From Octopus sinensis (lineage: Eukaryota), in NCBI RefSeq assembly GCF_006345805.1, contig NC_043006.1, forward strand, positions 67,952,001-68,016,000: a DNA stretch of 64,000 nt. Reading direction: 5' to 3'. This document shows, one piece after another, positions 36,745 to 51,260 of the stretch. Numbering within the stretch: the stretch's first letter is position 1; every line of letters starts with the position of its first letter. Made by a program: the position numbers and the translations under genes. Below the pieces are notes generated by a model. That model did no database searches and had not been told where the DNA came from. It saw nothing but the letters and a program-made list of their open reading frames with translations.

Positions 36745-37475
36745 ACATACATTATGGCTGCCCCCTTGTTATCGAGTATGGCCATTGCACGAAGCTTAAC
36801 TGTTACTGGTACTGTGATCAAATGTGACTTTTTAGCCCAGCTAAAGATCTACAATGTCTTGTACAAAATTGGCAACTAAAACCTTTACTTGTAATAGCCG
36901 GCAGTAGTTGTAACTGGGCTTCATATACTTTTGCATGTTGTTTAAGTCCTCCTGCTGAATTACACTCTCTTCCACATGCCCGACAGATATGATTAGTATG
37001 GTGTGTTACACTACCACCAGTGGCCAGGTTGTCACTCATCTGTCTCGTTTTATGACTACGAAGATGACTCATGAATCCTGCTTTACTGAGGCAGGGTCTT
37101 GCACAGACATTGCATGTCAGAATCAAAGGAAGACCCTTCCCTTCTGGAAGTGTAACAGCGATGCCCTTCCTGACATCCCTCCTTACTTTCTCATGTGCAA
37201 CTCGAGATTTCTCAAACGTGGCTGTCCCCTCATGCACAATCCTTCTCCACCTGCTACGATCAATAGCTATGCCTTCCCATGTGTCAAGAGTGATGCAGGC
37301 ATCTCTTAAGGAAGCCTTCAGCAAGTCCTTATACCTCTTTTTTGGTTTATGTGGAGGTCGTTCTCCTTTAGCTAACTCTCCATAAAAGAGTTGTTTTGGC
37401 ATCCTTGAATCCTTCATTCTGACCAGATGACCACTCCATCTGAGCCTTTGCTTTAACACAAGAGCTTCTATACAT
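36745..37475 (-). mobile_element. RTE-BovB-like LINE 3' end with three C2H2-like zinc fingers
   Basis: LRWSGHLVRMKDSRMPKQLFYGEL...IAIDRSRWR, then CNVC..SHLRSH, CRAC..KQHAKVY and CQFC..KSHI. Short 3'UTR with (ATGT)n tail. Confidence 0.88.
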
Positions 37476-38729
37476 ACATACATACATACATATATACATC
37501 ATCATCGTTTAACGATCACGCTCGAATAGTGCTTTTTACGTGCCGCCGGCACGGAAGCCAGTTTGTTGCTCTGGCAACGATCATGCTTGGATGGTACTTT
37601 TAGCGCTCCACTAGCACAGATGCCAATCATCAAATTTGATTTTGATTTTGAGGCAAGTGAAATTGAAATTGAAATCAAATTCGATGACTGGCATCTTTCT
37701 AAAAACGAAAAGTCAAAACCTCAAAACTACCAGATAATGCAAGATTAATTCAAAACATGTGAAGAAACAAGCTTTACTTTTGACAGAATAACGTGGATGC
37801 CAAAGGGCTAAAACAAGAAGTTTGTATCATAGAACCAGAAGTGGTATCAAAAGTGCTAAAGAATCTAGAACCAGATTGGATTTGAGTAGAGAAGAGGTGT
37901 AAGTTGACATGTCTCTGTGTGAAGTAGACACTAATATTGGGTTTACAGCTGGAGTATTCTCCAACTTTAAACCTAATTTAAAACATTAATCTCTATGGCA
38001 TGCCAATAATATAAACCCCTCTTGTTTTATTGTGATATTTAGTTTTTACATCCAAGAATACAAAAAACCAATGGGGGATGAACAAATCCCATGTGAGTTT
38101 TTTGATATTCTTAATTTGTTAGCAGTCTGAAATTAATTTAAACACTGTCTTCTTTTGTTCATATTAGCTTTACTCTGGTTTCAAATTAACTCAGTTCCAT
38201 TTTGACAGCCACCAAAGAAATATCTGCACCTCCAGGCATAATTTATAACAGTTTCACTATCAGTGACCACTGATTTTATTTTTATCTTTATAAATTATAT
38301 TATCTTTGTTGTTATCATGGATCTTTGTTCGAACTACATATTTAGATTAACTAATGATGTGTTTAATGGTTTGAGAATAAAGGCTGTAGGTTGTTTATCA
38401 ACACTGTGTGTATATTTTTCATTGTTTAATCTATGAAACATGGAGAGATGAGAAGTTCTACTAATTTCAATGGGATTTAAATCTCAAACTGTAGTGGTCA
38501 ATTTAAAATTCCCTGTTAAGCTATTGTTCAACCTGATATCTTGTTGTTGGGTACTGTTGGCCAGCTCTGCTTAAGGATTTGACCCATGGCACAGAGGCAG
38601 ATAATCAGATGTTTAAATCTATGGCATATGAGTTCCTTAATGTATTTTGATGAGGTATTCATCATGTAGTACCACTTGATGGTGTGATTATACAACCTAG
38701 CATGGCTGGAACCAAGACATACCATGGAG

Positions 38730-39035
38730 CTGTGCTGTCTGGTTTAATGGGGGTATGTTGCCTGGTTTAATGGGAATATGCTATCTAGTTTAATGGGGCT
38801 GTGTTTGGTTTAATGGGGGTATGTTGTTTAAATTAATGGGAGTAGGTTGTCTGGTTTAAGGGGATTATTTTATCTGTTTCAATTGGCGATTTGTTGTCAA
38901 GTTTAATGGAGCTATGGTACCTGATTTAATGAAGGTATGTTGCCTGATTTAATGAAGGTATATTACCTAGATTAATGGTAGTATACTGTCTGGCTTAGAT
39001 GGGTGGTGTATGTTGTTAGCTTAATAGGACTATGT
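38730..39035. repeat. Degenerate ~23-bp minisatellite
   Basis: Recurrent tgttgcctggtttaatgggggta-like units. Confidence 0.75.
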
Positions 39036-40832
39036 TGGCAAGTTGCCACAGCATCCCAATGAGTACTTTTGTTGTAGCAACTTTTGTCAGTTGGCTAAAT
39101 TGTTAAATTTCAACCTCCTCGCCTACATAGTAAATTATGAAAAAGATTTGAAACTGACTTTTTGACTAGTATTAAATGTTTGCATGCCAGAATAGTCTGT
39201 TGTTATCAAACCTCAAGTTAGACCTGATTCAATAGACCTATAAACAAAGTCAGTTGTGAACATCCCATTTATTTATCTGCAACTACATTATCTAATGTGC
39301 CCTTCCTTTTAATACAATAGTGTGAATTGAGGGAGATATGGCTTCTATTTCTAGCAGATTGGATAGCCAGCTAGAAATAGATGTAAGCTTTCTCATTGGC
39401 TTGTCAAACAAGGACAATTTAGAAAGAGTTCAGTAAATTGAGTTTTTATTGAGTAGTGAGAAAATATAATATTTTAAGGAGAGAGAGAGAGAGAGGTGTT
39501 GACATTAGGGGATTTGATACAGATGTGTTGAGGTCTAGTTGATACATGTGGTTCTAAGTTCAGCTTCATTATTGTTGACTCAACATTTTAGGACTTCTGG
39601 CTTAACCTAAGGAATGTCAATAACATTGAGTTTGACTTTGTACCTCTTGTACATCTCTTACAAAAAACAAATAAAGTAAAACAAAATGAAAAAATTGAAA
39701 CCTTGACTTTTAAAATAAAAATAAAATATGCAACTATGATATTACATTTGTTAACATCGAGTATTTACTTTTATCTGTTAGTTCTAACTGGATGGCCATT
39801 GGCTCGCAAGGAACTCGCCCATCCTTTGACAGGTCTTGTTATTTGTCCTCCTGGGTGTCCAGACATTCAGCAGGTCTAAATTAAATATATGGGAATTAGA
39901 GGAAAATGAACTGGAAATATTGACTGTTAAATATATATCCTGTGATTTTTTTATCAAATGTTTCTGACAGAATCTTTGAGATTCTAACAGTTGTTGTACG
40001 CATGTGTTTCTTGGAGTTAATTACATTGTAAATCTGAATAAACTGCAGTTTTCCCTAAAACACCAAACACTTCTTCCTCTAAGATCAATACCTACTACTA
40101 CTAAAATAAACAACTGCCGTCATTACACCTGAGTGTGTTGTTAGGTCTGTTAGGTTATGTGAGCAAGCTGGATATTGCAGTTGTAAGAAATGAACTGAAT
40201 GAAACATACTCAGCATGCTGAGATATTACTATGGAGCTTAGATACCAGTTATATACTGGTGTCATTCTTGTTAACTATGTCTGTAAAAATTTGGCTTTGT
40301 TCTTACCCAAGATCAATTTATATTTCTGTTTAACTCTTTTTATTGACACATTGAAGTTAGCTTTAGTTTCAAGGACAGCCACATATAACTATAATTGGAA
40401 AGCGAATATTTTACGTCAGGAAACTTGTTAATTTATATTGTTAGATACTGTTGAATCTGGTGATAGGTGTGTCAACTTTTGATATTTACTACTACAAGAA
40501 AACACTGTAGACTTCTGATAATGATAGCTAAATTAAGACTAAGTTTACTCTATCATATAACTCACATAGCAAGCTTATTACATTTATTTGGTTATGGTTA
40601 GGAAATAGTTTATTGTAGCATCAGCAATCTCGACATCCTCATCTACTAACTTTAGCAGATATTATACCAAAATATTTACCAATGATTTTTTAATGAATTT
40701 TACTGAAGCAACTCTATTTTGGCATTGATTATTTTGACTGTTTGATGGCACTTTGCCAGGCAGCAAACTGTGAAAGAAAGTGTATAAAGAAAGCTAGTGT
40801 GTGTGTATATATGGTTCAAGAGAGGCACAAGA

Positions 40833-40841
40833 TACTATATA

Positions 40842-40930
<89 letters not shown>
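40833..40930. repeat. (TA)n microsatellite, ~100 bp (one of many; others at ~23260-23585, 55075-55140 and (CAG)/(TAG) at 18478-18545)
   Basis: Direct inspection. Confidence 0.95.
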
Positions 40931-40933
<3 letters not shown>

Positions 40934-42386
40934 TGCTGTGGTATTTGTTATCCTGCTGTTTAGAGTTTAGATACTACTGCACTGCTTGAAATAGGAACCA
41001 GTATAATATTGAAATCAATTTAATCAATACAGTTTGCCCTTAATTAAAGATGCTTTTTTTTTCTGTATTCTCTTTGAATTCATTTTAAAAATTAGAATGT
41101 TATACTTCTTCAATGTACAAAACATTATTTGTTAGATAACAACACTTTTTCATATGCGGTTGTCTAAGATTACTGAAGGAGTAACCTTTTAAAATGTGAG
41201 AGCTTCCTGAAGTTGTGATAAAATTGTTATCTGGTTGTGTTTTATTGTTTATATGTATAGCTGATTAATGACATCAATGAGTTAATGATTCATAGTTTAA
41301 TTAGATAGTTAATTGTCTGAAATAAGTTATTGAAATTATAGTTCAAAATTTCAGGACATTGTGTTGTAGATAACAGTTTGAGTTTAAAACCATTTTTAGA
41401 CGAATTAAGAAAATAAGACACTGGAATGATAAAAAAGGAAGGATTAGGATAATCTAAATCATTAAATTCTCTGCTATTTAATGCCTGATTTGCAAAACTT
41501 TTTGATTCTCTGTTGTTTTTTAATTATTTTTTTTTATCATTTCTTTTAGAAATAAATGATTATTCCATTGAACTTAGTAACAAAGTTTGTTCAGTAAGGG
41601 TAAACTCCTGGGGTGTGAACTTCCTGAGCCAGCTGTGATTTCTGTTTGTAGCCAATTACTTTACTTACTACACTAATTGCGCTCACTCTCCTAATTGCTT
41701 AACTGAAGAATGTCTCGATCTATATAGCATCATATTCTCTTGGTACCGCATACCCTTGCAAGAAATTATTTTTCTCTGATGCTTGCATAAAGAACATCTG
41801 TATGTCACATGACTATCACAACCAATGAAAGAAGTTTTTATTTTGTAATATTTTTTAAGCTTAGAGGATAGAACGCAGTACCTCTGATACTAGCAGGGTG
41901 AATAAACTAGATAGCTAGTACGAATGCTTACAACAGTGTGGAATCTGCAAAAAGTACTGAATGACCAAGTGGCAAAAGGTACTGAATGACCAGGTGATGG
42001 TGTTAAACTGGGCAACAGCTCATTATGTTTACCACCCCCAAAAACAGGCACAGTTCTTCCAATAGGCATGTTCCAATTGCATCAATGCATCTTAACTTAT
42101 AAGGCTTAAGATGACTGAGGCTGCCATGCAGTGGAATTGAATATGAAAATTCATAGTTGCAAAGTAAATCTAAAAAAACATGGCCATATCTGTATTTCAA
42201 AGAAAATGACATGACATGCAAATAACAGACAAATTTCTCTTGAAAGAAAGAACCACGTGTTCTAAAATACTATTACCATGACAACATATTGGACAATGGT
42301 TAGATAGATAGATAGATAGAGATAAATGAACCCAACACTTAGTTCAATTTGGCTGTCTGGCTCTATTATCAGTCCTAGTCATGCAT

Positions 42387-42432
<46 letters not shown>

Positions 42433-45400
42433 GTGACATCTAGTCCACTGATGGCAAACCATTTTAACCTATTGTGTCAACATTTTAGTCTCTTACATAA
42501 ATCTATTATTGTAGTATCACTTGCATGTTATACATGTATTTTAATTTTAGGTAAGTGCTTAGAGATAAAGCTTTTTGTATTTGTTATTGCAAGATTGCAA
42601 AATGTTTTTCAAACTTCATATACTGTTGCCTAAAGACCCGTGGCATGTCACTGCTGACATGCCACAGTGTGTCAGAGCACAAATATATCTACCACATATC
42701 TATAACATCTCTTACTCACAGGTATATCTATGAAATCACTTTGTCACATGTATATCTATGACATTGTTAGGTCACACGTACATTTGATATTCCAACTATA
42801 GCTATCTCATCTCTTTATTTTCAAGCATAATATCCTCTGGATTACATTACATCACCTTCCTGTCCTACTCCACCTTCATACACCACACAACCCCATATAC
42901 CCTGCCACTACCACCAGTTTCCTCTATCAGCTCCCTACACTTCACAAAACTGATGTCAAGAATTATGGGAGTTGGATTAAAATTTTTTTTTCTACGGCTC
43001 TTTGTTTTGACAATGAGGATTCTGTTGATCAGTTGCTTTAAGCCTTTTGCATTTAAACTGGCCATATCCGGCCCAAATATCCTACCTATTTTATTTTCAC
43101 ACCAGCCAGATCTGGCCTCACACACCTACCTAACAATGTCATTCTAAAAACAGACAATCATATCATCAAAATCTCTTAGCTACGATATAAAGACCGCCTT
43201 TGGCCATAAATGACCACAAGATTGCACCTAGAATGTGCCCCTCGAAGGCACAAGTCCGGACAAAGTTGTTTATGGAAGACCAGCAGTCACCCATGCATAC
43301 CAGCCTCCCCTCTCCATGCCACCAATGTTATCCAAGGGAGAGGAAAAGGCCAATACAGTTTGGCACCAGTGATGTTGCAACTCATTTCTACAGCTGAGTG
43401 AACTGGAGCAATATGAAATAAAGTGTCTTGCTCAAGAACACAGCATACAGCCTGGTGTGGAATTTGAACACACTATCTCATGATTGTGAGACCAATTCTC
43501 TAACCACTTAGCCATGTATCTTCACACAGCTATGATATAAAGTATGATTAATTCAAAACAACATAAATAAATATGCATTACATTTGACTGAGTAATTTGA
43601 ATGCTAAATGGTTAACACAATGGTTCTCAACCATTTTTTGCATATGGACCCCTTCAATTTTCCTTTTACCCAGGTGGACCCTCATTGCCATTTGATATTT
43701 TAAAAGATTCTATTATATTTGTTATGATTAAATATAATTAGGAACTGTATAAAGAAAAATTGTTAAAATGTTTTGTGTATTGTAGAAGTATGACCAATTT
43801 ATTGTGCATAATCTTTGACAACAAAATCTTGTATAGACAACCAAGGGCCATATGGATCCTGGTTCATGACCAGTGTAAGTGGCTGAGTATTCCACAGACA
43901 TGTATATCCTTAATATAATTCTCACATTACTATACTCTATACAAATAACTACTGTATGTTCAGTAGACAGTGGAAAGAGCACAGCATGCTACATTGTACT
44001 CCACACCAACCCTTTCATTACTATATTTATTTTGAGATGCTCTGTGTTTCTTCCAATTACTTAAAATATAACAAAGAATTTAGTAAAATAACTTAGTTGT
44101 CATTCAGCTAGTGTTAGGAACATAAATTGTGACTAACTTTTTGTGAAAGATTTTAATTCAAAACTTATGAAAACAAGACATTTGTATTCAGAGCCAGAGC
44201 TGGTTTCAGCCTGTTTGGTAACGAAAGGGTTAACCACTGTCATACATACAGTCAAAAGAATACATCTAGATTGCCACACTGTACTCTGTCATTAATTACT
44301 GTACTATGGTACAATAAATAGAAAGGGTACACAACTAGATTGCCACACTGTACTCTCTACCATTAACTACTATACTATGTACAGTAGACAGTGGTAAAAG
44401 TACATGCTTTGATTGCTGCACACAACTCTACCATTAACCAATGCTTTACATACAGCAGACATCAGAAAGAGTACATGTTCAGATTGCCACACTGAACTCT
44501 TTACCATCTACCACTGTAATATATTCAGTGAGCTTCTCAGATAGGCATAGTATATATGGAATTATAGCTTTGTAATTATTTGGCTGACTATCTATAACTA
44601 GATGAGAGTTGACTAGATTCACACAAATTGAAGTAGCCATTGTTTTCTCAAGAACCTCTAAAGATGTTGCGACATAGGAAATGATGAGTTTGGCTCTCCC
44701 ATTCTCTCTCAGAAAAAAATAAGATTCAAAGACTATTATTGTATAATGAACTGGGGGACTTTAATCTGTGCAGACATCACCTTCTACCTTTGTCTCTCTC
44801 TGAACTTATCATTGCAGTCTTATCACATTTTTACCAATGCTACTAATGTATCAATAATGTTAATTGGGACTGATAGCTTCACTGGCGTTATTGTTTGTGT
44901 TGGTATGTATGTTGTTTCATTGATAAGTTCACTAAATTTTTTTCCTTCTTAAATTTTCTCCTATTCAATAAATATTCTTTCCATTTGAAGTAAATAACTT
45001 TAAGAATGTTACCCTCACCACCTGCTTTGCAGTCACTGCCCATCATCATCATCATCATCACTTTTATTCCTGATCTACCATGCTAAGTTATTCCTGATCT
45101 ACCATGCTAAGATATTTATTTATGAAGATCCTGTGTTGTTCCATGTGTAAAGCCTACACTGTTTCCTTGTAAGTAGACTCTTTAATCTAGATCCATGACA
45201 ACAACTTCACATTAGCAAGTCTTAATCCCTATTCACCTTCTATGTATCCCTCATTGCCATTACATGTCCACTCTAATGCAGTCATTTTCCCTCTATAAAT
45301 TAATCAATTCTGTCAATGATTAACCGCTTTTTCAATTCTCCCTTCCTTGAAAATTAATGCTGTACATCTAGTGGTGGGTGGGGGAAATCAATGCAGATTG

Positions 45401-48400
45401 AAGCATAATGAGGTACTACTAGAAATAACATCTGAATTTCTCCTAAATCATAACACTACAGATTTAAAAAAAAAACAAACAGCAATAACAAAAAAGATAA
45501 ATTGGATAATGTAGCTCAAAATTCAATTGGGGATAAACAACAAAACCTGTTACATAGAAGGGGGCGCTGAAAAGTTCCTGGCTTTTGAGTAAAAGAAAAT
45601 ACAGGAAGATCAGTTAATTATGATTTTATTCAACATATTCCTTTCAAAGATTCATACATTTATTGCAGCAGTCCTTCACTTTTTCTAAGCCATGTAACAG
45701 AATCAGGCCTTTAAAGCCATGAACTTTTCAGCACCCACTCATATAGTCCACTTCATTCACTGTCAGAGTTTTACTGCCATACACCATCTTACACATACCA
45801 CATGCAGTTCTCTATATTCACTATCCATGTTTCACTGCTACACGCCATCATTCCTCTTATATACTTCACATGTAGTCCTTTCCAGTCACTGTTCATGTTT
45901 CACTGCCATACACCATTGCACATCTGACACACACCACATTCTTCAGTCTTCTCCATTCATTGTCCATGTTTCACTATCACGCACCATCACACGTCTCACA
46001 CACCTTTGTAATGAGAGAGAGAAACCCATTGTTACTAATAAGAACTAAGGTCTATATATTTATACACAAGGTGGTGAGCTGGCAGAAACATTAGCATGCT
46101 AGGCGAAATGCTTAGCGGTATTTTGTCTGTCTTTACGTTCTGAGTTCAAATTTCGCTGAGGTTGGCTTTGCTTTTCATCCTTTCGGGGTTGATAAATTAA
46201 TTACCAGTTGCATACTGGGGTCGATCTAATTGACTGGCTCCCACCCCCAAAATTTTGGGCCTTGCCCCTAGAGTAGAAAAGTATATATTTATACTAGATC
46301 TATATTTAAGCAATTCATTATTTCATTCTTTGGCAACTATTGCTGCTACTAATTGCAATGGAGTAGATTGTGCAGCAATGTTCTGGTTCCTTGTGAGTCA
46401 ACCATTATTTACTCTGTTAATATATTTAGTTCTTAAGGCAGTGAGTTATCAGAATTGTTAATATGTTGGACCAAATGCTTAGCAGCAGTTCGTTTGTCCT
46501 TATGTTCTAAGATCAAATTCCACCAAGGTTGACTTTGCCTTTCATTCTTTTGGTGTCGATAAAATAAATACCAGTTGAACACTAGGGTTGATGTAATTAA
46601 CTTACCCGTTCCCCTGAAATTGCTAGCCTTTGTCAAAATTGGAAACCAATGTATTTAGTTCTCACTTCTCTTTCATCAAACAAAACTACTTTCTGGTTAC
46701 TACTGATCATTCTAGCAATGAATTGTCTTAAAGATTTGTGTCTCACATCCATCCCAAATCTGTAGCTTAAGGCAGTCCTTAGTCATAGTAAGAGCTGCAT
46801 CATCCTTCTGGCTTCCCTTCTCACCAGTGACTTCTCACTAATCCACTACATTACAACATATGAGATATTAGTAACATTTCGTTTCTTCTTTTTCATCATT
46901 TTGCCCTTTACATAAGGGGCAGCCTATGGCGTAAGAGATATTCTCCACTCAACATTTGTCAACCCACTTTCACTATTGATCCTCATCTTCCACCATTGAT
47001 ACTGTTCCATGGTCAAGCCAACACCACCACTAAATCTATCACTGCAGCTAATGTCGTTGCTGCTTAGTCCAAAGTCAACTTATAACTACTCATCCCAGTC
47101 ATGACCGTCCTGCCTTTTCATGGTCATGTAAGATTACATCGTCTAATGTGTTTGAAGGAGATTTAGCTGCTGTTTCTAGTTCCATTATTGACTTGTTGTA
47201 TCCAATACTGCAAAGTTAAATCTGCTTGATCACTGCTGACAATTACATCACTAAAGAACAAGGAGGCATTATTTGGATGTTACTGAATTAAGTATTAAAA
47301 GTCCATATCATTTATTGTTCTTGTTGTTAATGTTCTTGTTGGTGTTTACTTTCTGCTCAGTTCTGATTGACTAGAACTATGGTCAAAAATGTCAGTCTGG
47401 ATATATTGTATAGGTTACAGAATGTGGTGGTGTGGTTATATTTTTCATATTACAATGTGATGCCAGCTGCATAAGAAACAATGTGTTGACATAATTAATA
47501 CAAAGATCACTAAGCATTTAACCAGAGTTACTCGTATGGTGTTGACAGCATTGCATAATGGTCAGAATATATTATTTTCATTTTGTTTTATTGTCCAGTT
47601 TGTGTGTGTGTTGTTGCTGTGGCATATGATGTGTTTTGGAGACATTCAAATTGGGTAGAGTGCATCCCTGTCCAGGAGAAACCTTGATTAATTTCTGGAG
47701 AAGAGCAAAAGAAGAGCTAACCTTTTTTTACTGGACTTATATTTAATTTATTTAGGCACAGTGATAAAGGCAGAGAAAAGGGAGGATGAGGGGATTGAAC
47801 AGGAGGAAAAACAGTGTTACACTACATTGGAGAAATGGGGACAAATTGCTTCTATGTTCACCCTAAGCTTCAACAGAATAGCACTTAAGCTAGTAACTAC
47901 TCCCCACTTAACCAACAAAAGTAGAGAAAAAAATGTACTTAAAGAAGCCCATAAGTCACAAAACACCATCAGTAAAGATGACACATCATATGCCATCTAC
48001 ATTGACTAAAAAAATGTTTTGCATTGTGGGTGAGGTGTGGCTAATTAGTACTCAAATATTATATTCCTTATTTCTTTGAGTTATTAGAATAAAAGAGGAG
48101 GCGTCATTATATGTTAATTTGATCTGTACCATCCTCAAAATACGTAAAGCCACTGGGCTTAAATTTCTATGCATGCGAACACATGTACTGATGCAGTCCA
48201 CCTACACGCTTGCAATCCATTCAAAAAGACAAAGGCACTTATCATAAAATAAATGAATATGTATAAAAAATACACATTTAACCATCCATACCTTTCTCTC
48301 ATGGAATCCACATCATATACATGACCACATGCGTGCGTGCGTGCATGCACACACACACACACGCACACACACACACATGAACAGGCTCACACCTGTACTC

Positions 48401-49421
48401 TTTCACACACAAAATCCACACCATACACATACACGAATGTTTGTGTACACATGCACACATTCACACAGACACACACTTTCAGACTCCACGCTATTTCACA
48501 CAAACGTGCATTTGCACACATGCACATTGGTGTGCACACATGCATGAACTTGCATTCAAACCCTCCCACACATACACACACGGCTTTGTTTTGGCAGCAA
48601 ACTATTTTATATTCAATATCTCACCTGTTCAGTATTTCATGGTAGACACCATACAAGTAGTCCTTAAAGGCCATTCATAAAACCTGCAATTTTGTTTGCA
48701 TCCAATGGTGCAGACTAGTTTATTTTTGGGGTAAAAGGAGAGAGTGGGGTTTGTCCTGTACAAGGTCATTCTTCACTTCAAAGAGCTTCAAGCACTGGTA
48801 TCACTTGATTTTCAACATTTTTATTAAAAAAAACTTTACCATAGGCACAGTAGTGGCTGTGGTAAGTAGCATGTTTACCAACCACATAGTTCCATGTTCA
48901 GTCCCGCTGCATGGCACCTTAGGCGAGTGTCTTCTACTATAGCCTCGGCCTGACCAAAGCCTTGTGAGTGGATTTGGTAGTCAGAAACTGAAAGAAGCCC
49001 ATTATATATATGTGTGTGTGTGTATGTTTGTGTGTCTGTTTGTCCTCCACCATCGCTTGACAGCTGATGTTGGTGTGTTTACATCCCCATAACTTAGCAG
49101 TTCAGCAAAAGAGAAGTCCTGGGGTCGGTTTGTTTGACTAAAGGCAGTGTTCCAGCATGGCCACAGTCAAATGACTGAAACAAATAAAAGAAAAGAGAAA
49201 AGAAAAGAATGAATTACATACAGTGGTTGGCTGTAGCTCAAAAAGGCAATATATATATATATATATACATACATAGATACACACACACATATACACACAC
49301 ACATACATACACACATACATACACATATACATACACACATACACATAAACACATACATCTACACACATACATACACACATACACATAAACACATACATCT
49401 ACACATACATACACACACATT

Positions 49422-50343
49422 TATGAGGTGGTATCAAAAAGTTCCAGGACTAGTTATGTTTCATAAAAAATAACTTATTTACCTCAGTTTTAACATCTTC
49501 TCTTTCGAAATAGTCACCTTGTGCAGCAATACAACGGTCCTAGCATTCCTGCCACTTTTGGAATCCAGCCTGAAAGTCGTTTTCCGTCAGCAAGTTGAGG
49601 ACCTTCTGTGATTTGCTCTGGATCTTGACAACGGTGTTAAAACAGCAACCCTTGAGCCGTGTCTTCATCTTGGGGAAGAGATGGAAGTCTGCAAGTGCTA
49701 AATCAGGTGGATAGGGTGGGTATGGAAATGATACCATGTTTTTGGCGAGAAACTCATAAGTGAAGCGAGCTCGGTGACAAAGTGTATTGTTGTCGTAAAG
49801 AACCTAATTCTTCGTGCCCCACAGATCTGGTAGCTTTTGCCAAATGTCCTCCCTCAAATGTTTCAAAGAATCACAATAGAACTCTTGATTGAACAGTCTG
49901 GCCCTAGGGGGAGAATTTTTGATGCACCATACCACATTTCTGGGGGTAATGCTTGTGGTAGGTTCTCCAGATTGCTTTTTATCTTCTAGGGATGCTCTTC
50001 TGCTTTTGAAGCACCCGTACCACTTGAAACATTGCATATGACCCATTGCCTTGTTGCTGAAAGCTTACTGAATCATGCTCAATGTCTCTGTCGCAGACTT
50101 CCCCAGTTTAACACAAAATTTCATGTTGGCTCTTTGTTTCTGTTCATGACAAGATCGCAGACTACAGCTTACATGTGATCACAAAAACACAAATTTCACA
50201 ATCTGCGAAGTGAACACAAAGATGTCACTTGACTCACTGCCTCATGAAGGTCACTGCTAGGTCTCATTGTGTACACAACCGTGTGCTGCCATCTGTTGGT
50301 GCATTACAGAACTAGTCTGAGAACGCTTTGATACTACCTTGTA
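49422..50343 (-). mobile_element. Internally deleted mariner with degenerate TIRs
   Basis: PYPPYPPDLALADFHLFPKMK (YSPDLAP motif). Ends tatgaggtggtatcaaaaagttccaggactagtt and aactagtctgagaacgctttgatactaccttgta are inverted repeats with TA flanks. Confidence 0.82.
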
Positions 50344-50699
50344 TATATATTCATATGTATATATTTTATGATTTCATTTAGGCATTGTGATACAAACAAA
50401 AAGTTGTTAGAACTCAGAATAAAGTATTAGGCGAGTACTGAGCATAATATTACTTATTGAATGACAAGGGAACAGGTATTATGTAATCAGCTTCATTTCT
50501 TCATTTCCTTATAGCTGTTTCTGCTACAAGAAGCAATGCATTTTGAGTTGAACCCTTGTGTAACATTTTAAATGAGGTTTATATCTAATTTGGAAAGCAT
50601 TTCAGTAATCTGTCTATCTAACTATCTATCTGTTCGTCAGCTTTTACATATGAGCATATATATGTATGTACCCACCATACACAAACAGATTGCAGTCAG

Positions 50700-51260
50700 A
50701 ATACACAGGGCCATGGTGTATTGGAAACCCAAAGTCAGAATCAGTGTATGGCCAGGGAATTCACATGGCAATGCATCATTTGTTGTACATAATTACATAG
50801 AGGCCAACAATGTGGTTGGTTGGATTCTGAGAGTAATCAGAACACAAAGAAAGGAAATCATGCCATTCCTATGGAGAACATTTGCTCTCAGTTACCTGGA
50901 TTACTTCTTCCCATTATTGTTACCACAAAGTGTGAGATTAACAGCAAAACTCAAGGCAATCTAGCACCCCTACATCAAGAAAATCGCTTCAGTACCATAA
51001 TTTGATTTCTAGGGGAGGCTAAAAGAACTGAGGCTCTACTCCCTAGAGAGAAGGTGTAAACTATATGCAATGATAAATATATATATATAATGTACCCAAC
51101 TTTCTGATTGAAAGCTATATCAATCCCTGGGTTGGATGTGTCACCATTCAGAATAAGAACACAATACTGTAAGAGCCTAGAGATTAAAGGCCTGCTGCTT
51201 TTGCAGTACCTTGCCAGAAAATCTAAAAAATATCTGAGGTGCTGATGTGGATGTGTTCAA
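50700..51260 (+). mobile_element. Older CR1-type LINE fragment
   Basis: ANNVVGWILRVIRT...LWRTFALSYLDY...RLKELRLYSLERR. Confidence 0.75.
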
